In this document: positions 1-12,300 of the stretch, piece after piece
How positions within the stretch are numbered: the first letter of the stretch is position 1
Layout: each line of letters begins with the position of its first letter
Source: Phoronis australis
Lineage: Eukaryota > Animalia > Phoronida
Direction of reading: 5' to 3'
Length of the DNA stretch: 64,000 bases
NCBI GenBank assembly: GCA_002633005.1
Contig: NMRA01000608.1
Coordinates: 91,067 to 155,066, forward strand
The notes under the pieces: generated by a model
Database searches by the model: none
What the model was told of the DNA's origin: nothing
The model's input: only the letters and a program-made list of their open reading frames with translations
Translations under genes and position numbers: made by a program

Positions 1-72
1 GTTCTAATGAAAAAAATTACGAAAACGCACGTGCGAGCTGTGACAGAGAAAGTTCGATAGGTCTGGGCCAGG

Positions 73-400
73 GGTCTAATATCTTTATTTGCAATCGAAC
101 TCGAAATAATGTTTTTTACATGTTCCATTTTATTTTTTGTGCTAACTTAAAAACGTGTCTATTATTCTGTGCTCGAGTATCATACATTATGATTTATTCA
201 CACGGAGTAAAATCTCGAAATTTCGACTTCAGACTCGAACTTTTAGCCAGAGTACTAGGGTCATCAAGTGCAAACTAGAGTGAGACTGAAGACAAAGTCG
301 ACCATAAAATAACAGACACTTGAGTTCACAAAAAGTAGAACAGAACATGTCAAAAACAATTCCGACATGAGATCGATTTCGAGGAAAAGATTAGATCCCG
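73..400. repeat. Degenerate palindromic interspersed repeat, with a related copy near 38960-39350
   Basis: Imperfect inverted arms (GGGTCTAAT...GTGTCTATTATT / AAATAACAGACAC...ATTAGATCCC). Shares blocks such as TCAGACTYGAAC and AGTGCAAACT with 38960-39240. Confidence 0.5.
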
Positions 401-440
401 GCTCCAGAGTTCCCACTGTTCATGTTTGCAGTATACATCA

Positions 441-699
441 CATGCGTTCACCCAGGGGTAGGTGGGGGGCTGGAACGACCCCCCCCCCATTTGGCGAAGT
501 AGGCAAAAAGGTCCGCCTCAAAGAAACAAAAAGTCCGTAAAATTAGAAAACGAAACAAAAGTCCACTAAAAAGGCAGGAATTATCCAAACTTGGCAAATG
601 CACAATCCATAGCTCTGAGCGTACCCTGTGCATCTTAGTAAAAGGTCCATATTCTCAAAAATTCGAGCCCCTCAATTTTTTAGGCTGGGTGCGCGCATG
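441..699. mobile_element. MITE with 5-bp TSD
   Basis: TIRs CATGCGTTCACCCAG / CTGGGTGCGCGCATG, flanked by CATCA on both sides. Confidence 0.8.
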
Positions 700-859
700 C
701 ATCAGAAGTAATTAGACCCCGGACCCAGATTCCGATTGTTCGTGTTTGCAGTATACATCAAAAGTACAGACTGCATCGCCAATGAACTCAAGAAGCCGAA
801 AATGATAAAATGCTTGGAAACTTTTAATGATCAGAACACACTGTTGCGAACATCGTCGG

Positions 860-1260
860 GTTCAAGTAAGCTGAAACGACTGTGCAGGTAACCCGGCATG
901 AAGTGATTGGTGTTTGTTAAATTCATAGAGAAAATAGAGGACTTCAGCTTAGAAATAGATGCTAGTCGTCATGGACGTGGCCAACTGGATTGACAGATTC
1001 ATGGCGGATCATTCTCGTGTAATGTGAAACACCATTTTCCATGATTTGACATAGAAACACATTCTCAGCAGATTTAAAGTTGTTGAAGAACTGTCTTTTT
1101 TACTATTTTAGTTGGCTTTGAATTGTTTGGAATAGAAAGGGGACACGATTTTGCGAGTTTGCACAGTAATATTTATATTTTTTTTGACAAACACGTTAAG
1201 GTCATTGGCATTTGATTGCTAACGTTTGAGACTTTCTGAGGATACTTATTTTAAGTTTCT
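860..1260 (-). mobile_element. Possible highly decayed LINE 3' remnant
   Basis: The minus-strand peptide LASISKLKSSIFSMNLTNTNHFMPGYLHSRF loosely resembles the post-RT C-terminus of CR1/L2-group elements. There are many stops, so support is weak. Confidence 0.25.
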
Positions 1261-3255
1261 GCAATTAAACTGTTGGCGATCACAAGGACAAGCGGCTTTG
1301 GAATATGTACTTTTTGTACCGGTACTTGGGCAGTCCTAAAGACCAGGATTCGAATGGATGCCATATGCCATGCAACGTGCTCGCTCTCAACTGAACTTCA
1401 ATTTTCTTATTCGCCTAACCAAGCTCCAGCCACTTCTCATCTTGTCTTTTGCTATTATTGGCGCTGTGTCGGAAATACTTGATTAACAGTGGTTCTTGGT
1501 GTGTGGTCTTTTCAAATATCCACACTATTGTTACGACAATAAAACATTTTATTTCAGGAACATCAACACTTTCGTCGGTTGTCATGTTGACGTTATCAAA
1601 CGAAGGTGCAGCAAGGAAGCCGGAAATCTTGTTGTTCAAATGGCCAAGAAAACTTTTTCTACTGTCTTCCGCCAGACGAACTCCAACTGTCCAATCAACG
1701 AAGCTGTGGGAGTAGCAGTTAGTCTGACGTCACTGCTGATTGTGTCTGTGGTGTGGCGGGTTGTGTGCTTGGGAGAAAATATATAGGAGCTACTGTAAAC
1801 GTTACGTTTGATCACGAAGAAAAGGACACGATTGCATAAAAGTTACACGCTGCATAACAATAATGACGTCATACTGATACGCTTGACGTTGTCAAACAAT
1901 GTCCGTCGGTGACGTCAACAATCAAAGTAAGTGGGCAACTTCTGTATGCAAGCTAGCACAGTGCAGTTTTGCAACTCCGGGCTAATAGATCACTTCTTAG
2001 CGACTGTTTTTGTCTCAACGTGCTAAGGAATTTTCGCTTAATTTTGTAGGACCAGATATCTATTGTAAATGAAAACAAATCCAGGTTTGACACAAAGTAT
2101 GTGACGGCATTGTACAGACACTAATTTCGTCTACTGCAGCACATCCTAGTGACCATTTTGTCCGGTCATCATGTCGCCAATTCTCTGTTCGATATCTCAT
2201 AAACCTCTGGTGAAATAGAATTATCTGATAACATTGCGCTGGCCGTTGATTTTATGGCAATTTTGATTATTTCTGCTCTCCTAGTGGCTATTCTGTTCAG
2301 TTTTCCTATCGTTGTCTTGCTCTGTGTCTCAAAAATCGTGCAACACCCTCTAGTGGCTATTTTGGTCTCGACAAGATGGTTTTCACTCTTTTGAGGGCCG
2401 ACGACCGTCACCAGATGTCTTGAGAACAAATCTGTGGATTTCATTGGAATTTTACGAAGGTGTATGCGACGTCAACGTACCGGGACCCGTTAATTTTCGA
2501 GCAGATTCGAGCCCTGCAGCACACCCTAGCTAGTTGCCACATTGTCCGGCTGTCCTGATGTCCAATTCAAAAACCAGGTCGTATTTTGGTTAAATTTGAC
2601 AAAAAAGGATGCAGGGCATCATCGAGACGGTGGGATGTTACTTTTCATTTTCCACCTGCAATGGAGCTTTTCAATGTCTTTTGGAATGTTTTGTTTCTTT
2701 AATGCAAATGTTGCAATCAGTTATTATCTAAAATTCCTGATTTGGTCTTAAAGGTGAGAAACAGACACTTTTCCCAATAGGCTATCATTGCTACCCCTTA
2801 CGACCAAGTTGTAGTCTCCTTGTACCTCGATCACATTAAGCAAATAAATCATAAACCTGGGAACATAGAGTTTGTTGTCCACTTTGAGCGCATGCCCAAG
2901 TCTTCATTGCTTTGGTCAATTGTAGTGTTCGCTTACTTGTTTAGTTGTACTCGTATATATACCTTTCTGTCGTGTCCTGCTAAATCAACATTTTAAATCT
3001 TAGTTGCTACCAGATAAAATTCTGTAAATAATGTAAGCAATGACAATAATAAACGTATTTGCCCTAATAAGCGCCCCCCGCGATTTCAGACTTCAAAATA
3101 AACGCCCAGTCCATAAACGTATACATGCGAAAAATGCCTTACCTAAAATTCTACAATAACGTCTTCAATTTATCAATAAGATCCGACAGTCCTGAAAAAA
3201 TCTTGTGCGCGGAATTATTAGACCACGAGCCTCGCCGCTATGTCGGCATTTAGCC

Positions 3256-3848
3256 CTCGCTGGTTCCCTGCGTGCCGCCAGGTGGTAGCCAGCACGCAGG
3301 TATCACTTTAATTTTCCACGGGAAATTTTTACACCGGTGTTTCTGATTGGCTGGTCGAATTCTCAGCAGGCAGCGTTTTACGTAAACAAACTGGCATGAC
3401 TGATGGGGGTTAGTGTAAATGTGGTCCGTTGTACAGACAAATCGGTGCTTAAAACTAATGTTCAAGAAATATGAATCTCAGAAATTTGTTTTTGCTCCTT
3501 TTCGGAGTGCATCTTTCTACTGTCGCCGACTTTTATTTACGATGCTGTCCTGTATACATACAATATGAATAAGACATTAGTTAAATCGGCCAGACGTCGT
3601 GTTTATTGTACATGTATATGCTTCAAGCACGCGGCTATTAAACGTTAGGCCTATTGCAGAAACAAATTAGTGGCTACTATGCCATTTGCATGACAAGGCT
3701 AAAAATCGTTCATAGTAAGCCATTTTCTCACTTTGTTGTAAAGCTAACCAATGACTGCCGAGGTAACTTCAACCAATGATAAAGCGCGTGGTACTGCCTG
3801 CTTCCTACGTACTGGCTACCAACTAGCGGCACGCAGGGAACCAGCGAG
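3256..3848. mobile_element. Non-autonomous DNA transposon, about 45-bp TIRs, 9-bp TSD (Mutator-like)
   Basis: CTCGCTGGTTCCCTGCGTGCCGC...TAGCCAGCACGCAGG has its inverted copy ending at 3848. Flanks are CATTTAGCC / CATTTAGCA. Confidence 0.75.
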
Positions 3849-4740
3849 CATTTAGCATGCAGTAATGCACCTCAAACTTCTGCCGTGCTTCTAAAAGTAC
3901 GCAAGTTTTGCTGACCTTGCGAGGAACGTGTCCTACTATGGTCAGGCCTTGCTTTCAGAACAGACGCAGCCTACTTGTTAACGGGATTCTACTGATCTTC
4001 TCCATCAACAGTAATCCAATTTCTTCGAATACGTGAAAACCGCGAATCAAAGACTAGTAAAAGCACGTGGCCAGGAAGCGCGCGCTACATACATGCACCA
4101 GTCATCGAAGATATTTAGTCTTCGGGAACTATCCATTCATGAAACAGGTAGCATAGCACCGGCAAGAAATAAATATTGGTACTAATTTTCGAAAGTTTCT
4201 AATACCGTAAAAAAACTGTTGCGTTATTTTTAAGAGGAATTATTTAATTAATCATAATTGGTGTTTTAATGTCAAAATGACGCACTGATAGTGAACACCT
4301 CCGCACCCTTACATATCGAATCTCCCGGAAAATAACTGTCGAGACAATTCTCGAACATTTTTTAGCAGACGAGACCAGCAAGTGCTATATAAAACACGTT
4401 CTGCTAAACTGCTTGTGTTGATTTCTTTAGTTACACTGCACACCTAGATCGTTACATAGCATTTACTCTGGCAAATGAACTCGCTCACTCACACCAACGC
4501 AAACGAACTTCAAAACAAGCGTCACAAGACAACAACAGAGATTTTTCTCGTGTCGCAGTGTACGTTCTAGCGCAGATTGGGACTTAACCCCAGGTGCGAA
4601 TCCAGAATTTTGAGTNGGGGGAGGCCGGGAGGGGGGGCAAACCCTCTAAAAATCAAGCATTTTCCTTGATTCCTAACGTAATATCCAAGAAAAAAGGCAA
4701 AGAAAAAAACGAAGAAAGTATCAAACAGGAAAAACTGCAA

Positions 4741-4802
4741 TTACCAGAGAGTCGAACTCACGAACTGGCTGACAGATCGCGCATGCTTTACCACTGCACC
4801 AC
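4741..4802 (-). repeat. tRNA-derived remnant (SINE head or pseudo-tRNA)
   Basis: GTGGTGCAGTGGTAAAGCATGC (A box/D arm) and GAGTTCGACTCTC (B box/T arm). The anticodon and acceptor stems do not pair. Confidence 0.55.
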
Positions 4803-7800
4803 AATTTCATTAGAAATGTGATACTAAGAGACTTACTTGTTTATGGTCCATAGTGTTTGCGCGTGAAACCTACTCCTTTTTGTAATGCTTATTACATTTT
4901 TTTTATATTTTGTGCAATCAGTTCGTAACAATTTGTTGTATTTAGAATAGTCTTCTATTGCCCAAAAGACCAAATCCGATTTTGTGTTGGCATTAATGAC
5001 GCGATTACCTTGCAAATCGTCTAAAGTTAAGGTTTGACAAGAGAGAATTACGAGTTACTGAGTGATTCACCAAGGCTTCGATTAAAATTCACATATTACC
5101 AGCAGCTCCTGTTTTTTGATCGTCACTCAGATTCCGTTTTCTTTAAAAAAATGAAGTAATTTTCTTAATTGCACAGTGGAGCAGACGACGGAAACGGAGT
5201 CTTAGTTTGCAGCGCCACTCCCGGTCGCCTGGGATATCGCGATAAAGCCTAAACTTAGCCATGATTCAGTTACGATTGCGCAGTGTTCCGAATTTGACAC
5301 TTAAAATTGTATCTAGGGACTCTCCCCGAGGAGTTTTAAGAATTTAGATGCGTCAACAAATCACCTGTTCCATCCCAGTTACGCAGATTGAGTTTGCATT
5401 GAAAAAAGCGGTCTTCGTTTACGACACTCCACAAATATGGAGGACCATGAAATCCGGCAGGTTGGAAATCTGCCTCTGTAAATCCGCGTCACTTTCTCGT
5501 CTTTTTGTTTTCAAATAGTAATGGGCAACTTCTAGATGACGCGAACCGGGGTCAACTTGCATTTTGGCTCTTGTATTGAAACGTTTGCGGAAATAGCCCA
5601 TCGACGGATTAAGAATATCATGAAAGGGGACCCGACCACAACGTCCCACAGACAAGCCTCTGTGATAGACGGCCATGATCGGACGAGGACGGCATTTGTA
5701 AAGAAACAAAATAAAACAAGTATCAATAATTAAGATTTATTTGTTTCTGGACGGCAGCATTCACTCGCATTACAGAACTGTAAAAGCCGCGTTTATCTCT
5801 CTTCAGTATTCAGAGCTATTCATTCATAGTCATCTCTCTCCTATTATCAGTTCCATCCATAACGCGGTCAAATTTTTTTGATTTTCATTTACTGGTCAAG
5901 ACGAACAAGTCAGCACAGTATCCCCGTTAGGGCTCCACAGCTACCGCTAAAACTCGAATACATGCCACCACAATGTGCTGAACAGGCTAGATAGTTAATA
6001 TGGCGGGNCCCGCCACTGTATGCTACTACGTATTAACAAGCAACATGCCAGGAGCGGTAGAACCTACGGCACCAACAGGACAGTCCCTGATTGTTGGTGG
6101 CACAGGCCAAGAACTGTTGTATTGATCCAATCTCGAACAAGGCGACGTATATTGCAAGGTATTCAATTATCAACAAATTAAATTGTTAAAAAATAAATGT
6201 CAGTAGAAAAAAGAATTTAAATATCAAAACAACAGTAAAATTATACAAATGTTAAATGGCAAGAGTGTGAATCTTAAAAAGTGGGTATGTATAACTGAGA
6301 AGTGAAATGATTAGTGGAAACTAAAAGCTGGTCACTCAAACACAAATTCACCATTGAACATGTAATACCCATGGTAAGACCCAGGCAGCAAGCTGAAGAC
6401 TATATGTTAGTAAAACGCATCAGTTAAGACTACAAATACGGTTTATTCGGAATAAGTAACATACATAAATGCCACGTTAAATCTCAAAGCCAACCCTAAA
6501 TGATAGCTCTGGTTAATAATAGTTGAGTATTGAACAGAATTAGTTAAGTAGTCATGAATGAGATTCGAAATCCTGTTACTCTGATGGACACCAACCAGAT
6601 TTACAAAATCTTAAAACCAGTCATAGAAATCTATTTTCTAATAAATCTTTCCTTCACCCAACTGAATTGGTATTTTATCAGGAAATGTAGACAATTTTTC
6701 TTGGTTGTTTTTGTGCTGAACAACCCTTTAATGGACTATGTAGTTAGATTGTGAAGACACAAACTGTAATGAGAGACAGTTGCGGGCAACTCAACCAGAG
6801 TAACAGGACGTTGCTAAGTGAGCTCTTCTTTTACTTAAAGATTAAAAGTCAACACCTTAGCAAACTAAACTTTCTTCAGAAATTCAGATCTTTTCAAGGG
6901 AGCAGTAGATCCATGACACTGTTTCTGGTCATGGCAAAATGCACTAACCGCAAAACTCCATAAAATTCGAGCCCACTTACAACAAAGGATAGAATGTGTA
7001 TGAAAGCGGACGGCCTCGATTTCAACTACAACTGAGCCCCTCTCACGGCCCGACCACATGCAAGGTTAGTAAAAAAAATACACGGAGCAGGAGAAGGGTT
7101 ACACGGAATCTCTATAAACATGCGGGGGTTGTCCGCATAAGACAACATTACAAACCTCACTTAACCATGTCAGGAAATCAACAAATGTGGCCTGAAATGC
7201 TGTGGTCTGTGAATGGGACAGCCAGGCTGACTTTGGCATGACACACAGACAACAGGCCCAGTGAAGGCTTAATGAGCAGTGCCACCTGGTGACTGGACAC
7301 TTCAGTCCATTCCACTGGCATTTACCTTACAAAGGGGGTCCACGAGTATTATTATAGCATGACTACTGCGACTAGGCCAAGTCTGTGCGGTAAACCAGCA
7401 GTAACAGAGACACTGTACGACTGGGATCCATGTTCAGTGACTGAGTATATACTCCCAACTAGATGTGGTCACAGGCTTGGCCAGCCAACAGTAAACATCA
7501 TACAATACAGACAAGTATAGTGTGCGACATAGCTAGACGGGTAGAGTACACCAGGGGGTCACACCAACCATGCAGGCACTACAGCAGATCTAAGACAAAG
7601 CCAGAGAACTCATATTATGCAAAGGTTACAAATAAAAAACGTAAATACATCCGAAAACATACGCAATACTGATTCAAGCAGCAGCCCATGTTAAGCCACT
7701 GGCATGCAGTTAGATCGACCAGGCTGATGACAAAACTAACTAAATACAACAAGCCTGACCACCCATATATCAACATTGGTAGATTACTCACTAAGCAAAT

Positions 7801-8366
7801 AATACACATTGAGTCATTACATTACTGACAATAATTCGGATAACGCTAATCAGCTTGCAACAACAGAGGAGTCAATTAATTTGTACAATGCAAAGTTTCT
7901 GGAAGACACTTTTGGCAGGACATGATTTTCGTTGCATAACAGAAAATTGATCAAATCGCTCGCTACACACAAGACAAAAAGTACAAAAATAACAAAACAA
8001 GTTCTATTTATCCACACTAGTACTAACCACATGGGTAGTCCCGGAAGCCGGCATCCCTCGCAACACTGTCAAAAGGTTATTTGACCCAAGTCAAGAGTTC
8101 ACAAGTAACAAGCAGCAATGCGTTAACCAAACCAGTTGAAACATTCCGTACAAGAGTTACACAGGGATTAGAAAGACATGTTTCGTACTTGTGATATCAG
8201 CAAACGGATTATCATCGAACAACAGCAGAGAGGGATGACGGCTAACGGCCGGCTTTTGATTGGTGAGAAATCACAGTAAACAAGTGTGTTCGCGAGTTAC
8301 AAGTCAGTGGTGAAACCTGAACACCCGACCAACACAATTAATCTGTAGCATTCGTATTAAGTAGAT

Positions 8367-8589
8367 CAGGGCTTGGAATGACCAATGACAAAAAAGAAGA
8401 AAAATTTCCAGGCGATTATCATTCCACAAATAAATAGGCTTGTGTGATAGAAATATTGTTTATGTGTCGTGAAATAAATGTTTTTGCGCGAATAAAGTCA
8501 AAATAACAGTAAAAGAGAGGAAAAAAGAGGAAGCTGGAAATCAAATGAGAGGAAATCGAAACCAAAAAAGAGGAAAATTCCAAGCCCTG
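8367..8589 (+). mobile_element. hAT-like MITE, 6-bp TSD family, copy 1
   Basis: TIR CAGGGCTTGGAAT / ATTCCAAGCCCTG; flanks GTAGAT/GCAGAT. Confidence 0.85.
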
Positions 8590-9220
8590 GCAGATTAACA
8601 AAGCAACCAGCATGGTCTCACCAGTCTAGGTTATTGACTGAATACAACAAGTACCCAAAGCTCGTGGGTGTGCACTCAACAATTGATCGTTAACACAAAG
8701 TCAAGAGTTAAACAACACATGTGCAGTCACACCCACTGGGTTCCATTTAAAACAATTAATTAAATTATGTACAACTCAAAAAAGTATTGGTGGATACAAA
8801 GATCAGAATTGTTACACAATAAACAATGTACAACCTGCAGTGATGTCTTGGCTGACGTATTTTGGCGTCTTTTGTGGTCTTGTTTACAGCAACTAAGAGA
8901 GGTGTCGAGGGAAAATTTGTTTTTTCACACTTAAATTGAAGAGAAAATAGGAATGTAGCATGTACTGAGGACTAGAGGTTTGTAAGTACATCAATGATAG
9001 CATTGCTCATACAGTATCTAGCGCCATCTATTGGCAGTTAACTATGCACATTGCTGACACCTAGTGTCCAACAGCAAAGGTATGGGTGGTAACCAAGAGC
9101 ACAGAAGACACCATACGTTAGTACTAACAATTAGTTTGTGGTAGACAGGCACTTAACTTGTACTCTGTACGGCTCATTTTGGACATGTTCATACACTTGG
9201 TTAAGAACGTCGAGGCTTGG

Positions 9221-9300
9221 TTAGTGATTGGGAAGCATCCGTCCTCCAAAAGGAACACCCATCCCGACAAGGTGGTTTTCATTGGAACGGTTAGTGTCGG
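9221..9300 (-). CDS. QKI: Candidate distal terminal coding exon of Quaking
   Basis: GACTAAC branch point, long U/C tract and CCCAG acceptor. Phase-1 entry gives [26 protein letters not shown]. Confidence 0.6.
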
Positions 9301-12300
9301 CTGGGTTTTAGTGAAAAATAAAGAAAAAAGAGAGTTAGTCTATTGATCATGGCATAAATAACATCAAATTGACAACACAGACAGCGGTACTAATACGTCG
9401 ACATTAAGTGTGTCACATGCTAGGCGTATTACTGGGCATGCTGTAAACGCTTCTAAACATATTCTTCCACGCAAAAAAACACGGAATATCGATCTTATTC
9501 CTTTGGCAGAAAAAATGGTCGTTTTGACCGAGAAATTACACACTAGCCGAATGGAACATAAAGCCAACTTTTAGACTGAACAATGATTTCTGACAGATTG
9601 GATGGTGACGCCAGAGAAGAGACTCATGAAGAATACGTTACGGAGACAGACATTGTAGAAGCATACAGATGTGATGAAAGGCCTCCCATAGCAATTAAAA
9701 GAAATAAAACCAGTGCACGACTTAAATGTCAAAACATTAGTAATGCTGCGTTAGTTTAAGAAAATGCATTGATCATTAAATGTCAATAACATAATAACAT
9801 CCGCGTTAGTCATCTAAATTTTAACTAAAGACCTCTAGCACCCCACTATTTCGTTTTTAAAAAATCAACTTCATTTTTCAACAAATGGAAATTTATTTTC
9901 ACCAGTGCAAATATTTCTACAAATTCATAATATTGGTAATAAATCAACTAACAATAAAAAAACAAAAACCGATATCCTGATATCAGGTACCAACAAATAT
10001 ATACAAATATTGTCTTCTAGAAACATGATATGGGTAACATAGTTCATCAATGTCATCATTTAGTCCAAAACATACAAAATGTCAAAAACCCAAATCTCTT
10101 GAAAACAAGAGTCGTAGTTTGCGAACTGTCGGAGATCTCTAAGCTTCCGTCGTAATATCCAAACCCACAATTTTGACATTCATAAAAAAATTCTAAAATG
10201 GATTATCACAGGTCATAAAACAAGTAAACTACTTACAAATTCTTTGGGAGAACAGAGCAGGACAAATAAGATAACATTTCAACAATTGGATGACTTAATG
10301 AATGGATTTGCATATATGAAAATTAGATATGCTCTAAAAAAAATTCACTGAATGATGCAACTATAAATTACACTTTCTGATTGTCCCCACACAATAGCAG
10401 AATTAGCAACAAAGTCCAATTCCCACTTCCCGGATTCAACTCCGCTATTTTCAAAGTAGAAAAAAGCACTGTATGATTGACCTGGTTTTCAAAATGCAAG
10501 GCCGCTAATGCACTTGTCCACCCTGTTGGACAAATGGAGGACAAAATTGTGCCCTACTCAACTTTTGGAATTGTTTGGTGCAACAAAGCACCTTACTGTA
10601 CAACAGAAAAGCCCTACTGGCACTGAAGGGAGAAACTAATCTGAGGGGGTGGGGGTTCAGCACAGTTTGTCAAACAGATGTAAAGCAACATTGACTGACT
10701 TATAAAACAAGAAATTCCTCAAGATTATTCACATCGACTGATCTTACTTCACAACCCCAGCAACACACAACTGCTATCAGGTGAAATGTGATGGGATTAT
10801 TGTCATCTTGGAATCAGCTTGCTTAGGAGATCTTACCTTACGTCGTTGGAGGTAAAAACTAAGTTTTTTCCTTATTTCAGAGCAAACAAGAAAACATCAA
10901 AATAAAATCTCTAAGAAAAAAAATAATGGAGTAACTTTTTGAGTAAAAGGCAAACGCTAAAATTTGAGGCACCTAAAAGCCGGTCAAAACATTCGCTAGT
11001 GCATATGTTAAGAAAATCAGTAACTGAGAAATTTAACTAAAGCCCTTAGAACATAAAACTGATGTAGTTAAGCTAGTTTCCTCAGATTCCAAAATGCTTT
11101 CAATAATCAATTCATTCAACTCATGTTAAGTTCACGTTTCTGGCTAAGGAGCTCGTGTTTAGGCATCTATGTCAGAATAACTTAACTCTACGACCCCCAC
11201 TTGGTTTGCAGATTTGTAGTAGCCGAAATTAATCTTCAAAATATCAAACTTTTAAAAGACCCAATGATAATTTACAACTGTGTCGAACCCCCTAATAGTG
11301 TTTACCAAGGCAGCAGTGTACAACTGTGCCCCACGGACATATAGCATTGTAGGTAAATTGTGCAGTATCAGGGAATGTGCCGTAGTATTCCGGGAAGTGG
11401 TTATTTTTAAATACCACTGGTAAAAGACCGAAATGAGTCTTAGTCGAATCTGTCCACTTAAATACAGCTACAACAACAACTGAATACACAAATATGCGAT
11501 AAAATATATCAACTAACCCAACTTCCCAGTAACAGGTATACACAAATAACAAGAAACTCCCCCAACAAAGGAACATTCACCCATCCCACTACTCTACGAA
11601 GCTCGTATAATAAGACTAGCAAACAATGACGTACAAAATATTGCAATGCTCTCTGATAACTACTTAATTGACTGCTACATAGTGCATTCGATGTAAATGG
11701 CAAAAGTTTAGCGCAAAAAAGATTGAGCGAAACTTTTGAATAGAAGGACTGAATTTAAGAATTTGAACTGAACTTTCAAAACCATCATATAAACAACTGT
11801 TCAGGCTAAAGCAAATTAACTTGTTTCCAATTTTGATGAAATCAAAGAACACGCTGATATTTTAAAGTTGCTAATCAAATGTGATCGCTAACGTTTTTCG
11901 TCAATAGGTGGATATAACGGGCCCATATTTTGAGAACCAACTTGATTCCCGTTATTCAGGGGAGACAACTAGATCTTAAAATTCGGACATGTTAAAGCAG
12001 AGTATTACCAACATTTTCAGTGCAGATTTCATCAAAATTGGCAACTGATCAAACATCAAGAAATAATTAAGACTAACCTTTTTAAGCAAGCGGGACCCTG
12101 CTATAAGGGTGCTGCCTGACATTGACAGCAGCTTGCCTGATGTTTTTTACAGCACCTAAAAGAGTTCAACTTTTAGTAACAGACATCCACCAACTGTGTC
12201 AGCACTGCAGCCATCACCTACTGACACCTAGTGGACATCAACATAGTAACAATGTGGGAGAACCTGGATAGTTCACTTAAAACGATTAAAATATATTGTA

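Noticed and set aside
4741-4802. Apparent tRNA-Asp(GTC) gene
   Set aside because: The anticodon and acceptor stems do not pair, so it is treated as a SINE or pseudogene remnant.
5419-5733. Overlapping ORFs as a possible Quaking long-isoform terminal exon
   Set aside because: No HPY/STAR tail similarity and no convincing phase-1 acceptor; not recognisable as any protein.
9079-9087. CAC-CCA-TAC (HPY) on the minus strand
   Set aside because: It lies after the stop of the 9300 exon, with no acceptor and no basic context; likely chance.
10837-10860. Strong-looking donor AAG/GTAAGA in the Quaking 3' region
   Set aside because: No acceptor gives a frame-compatible exon; insufficient support.
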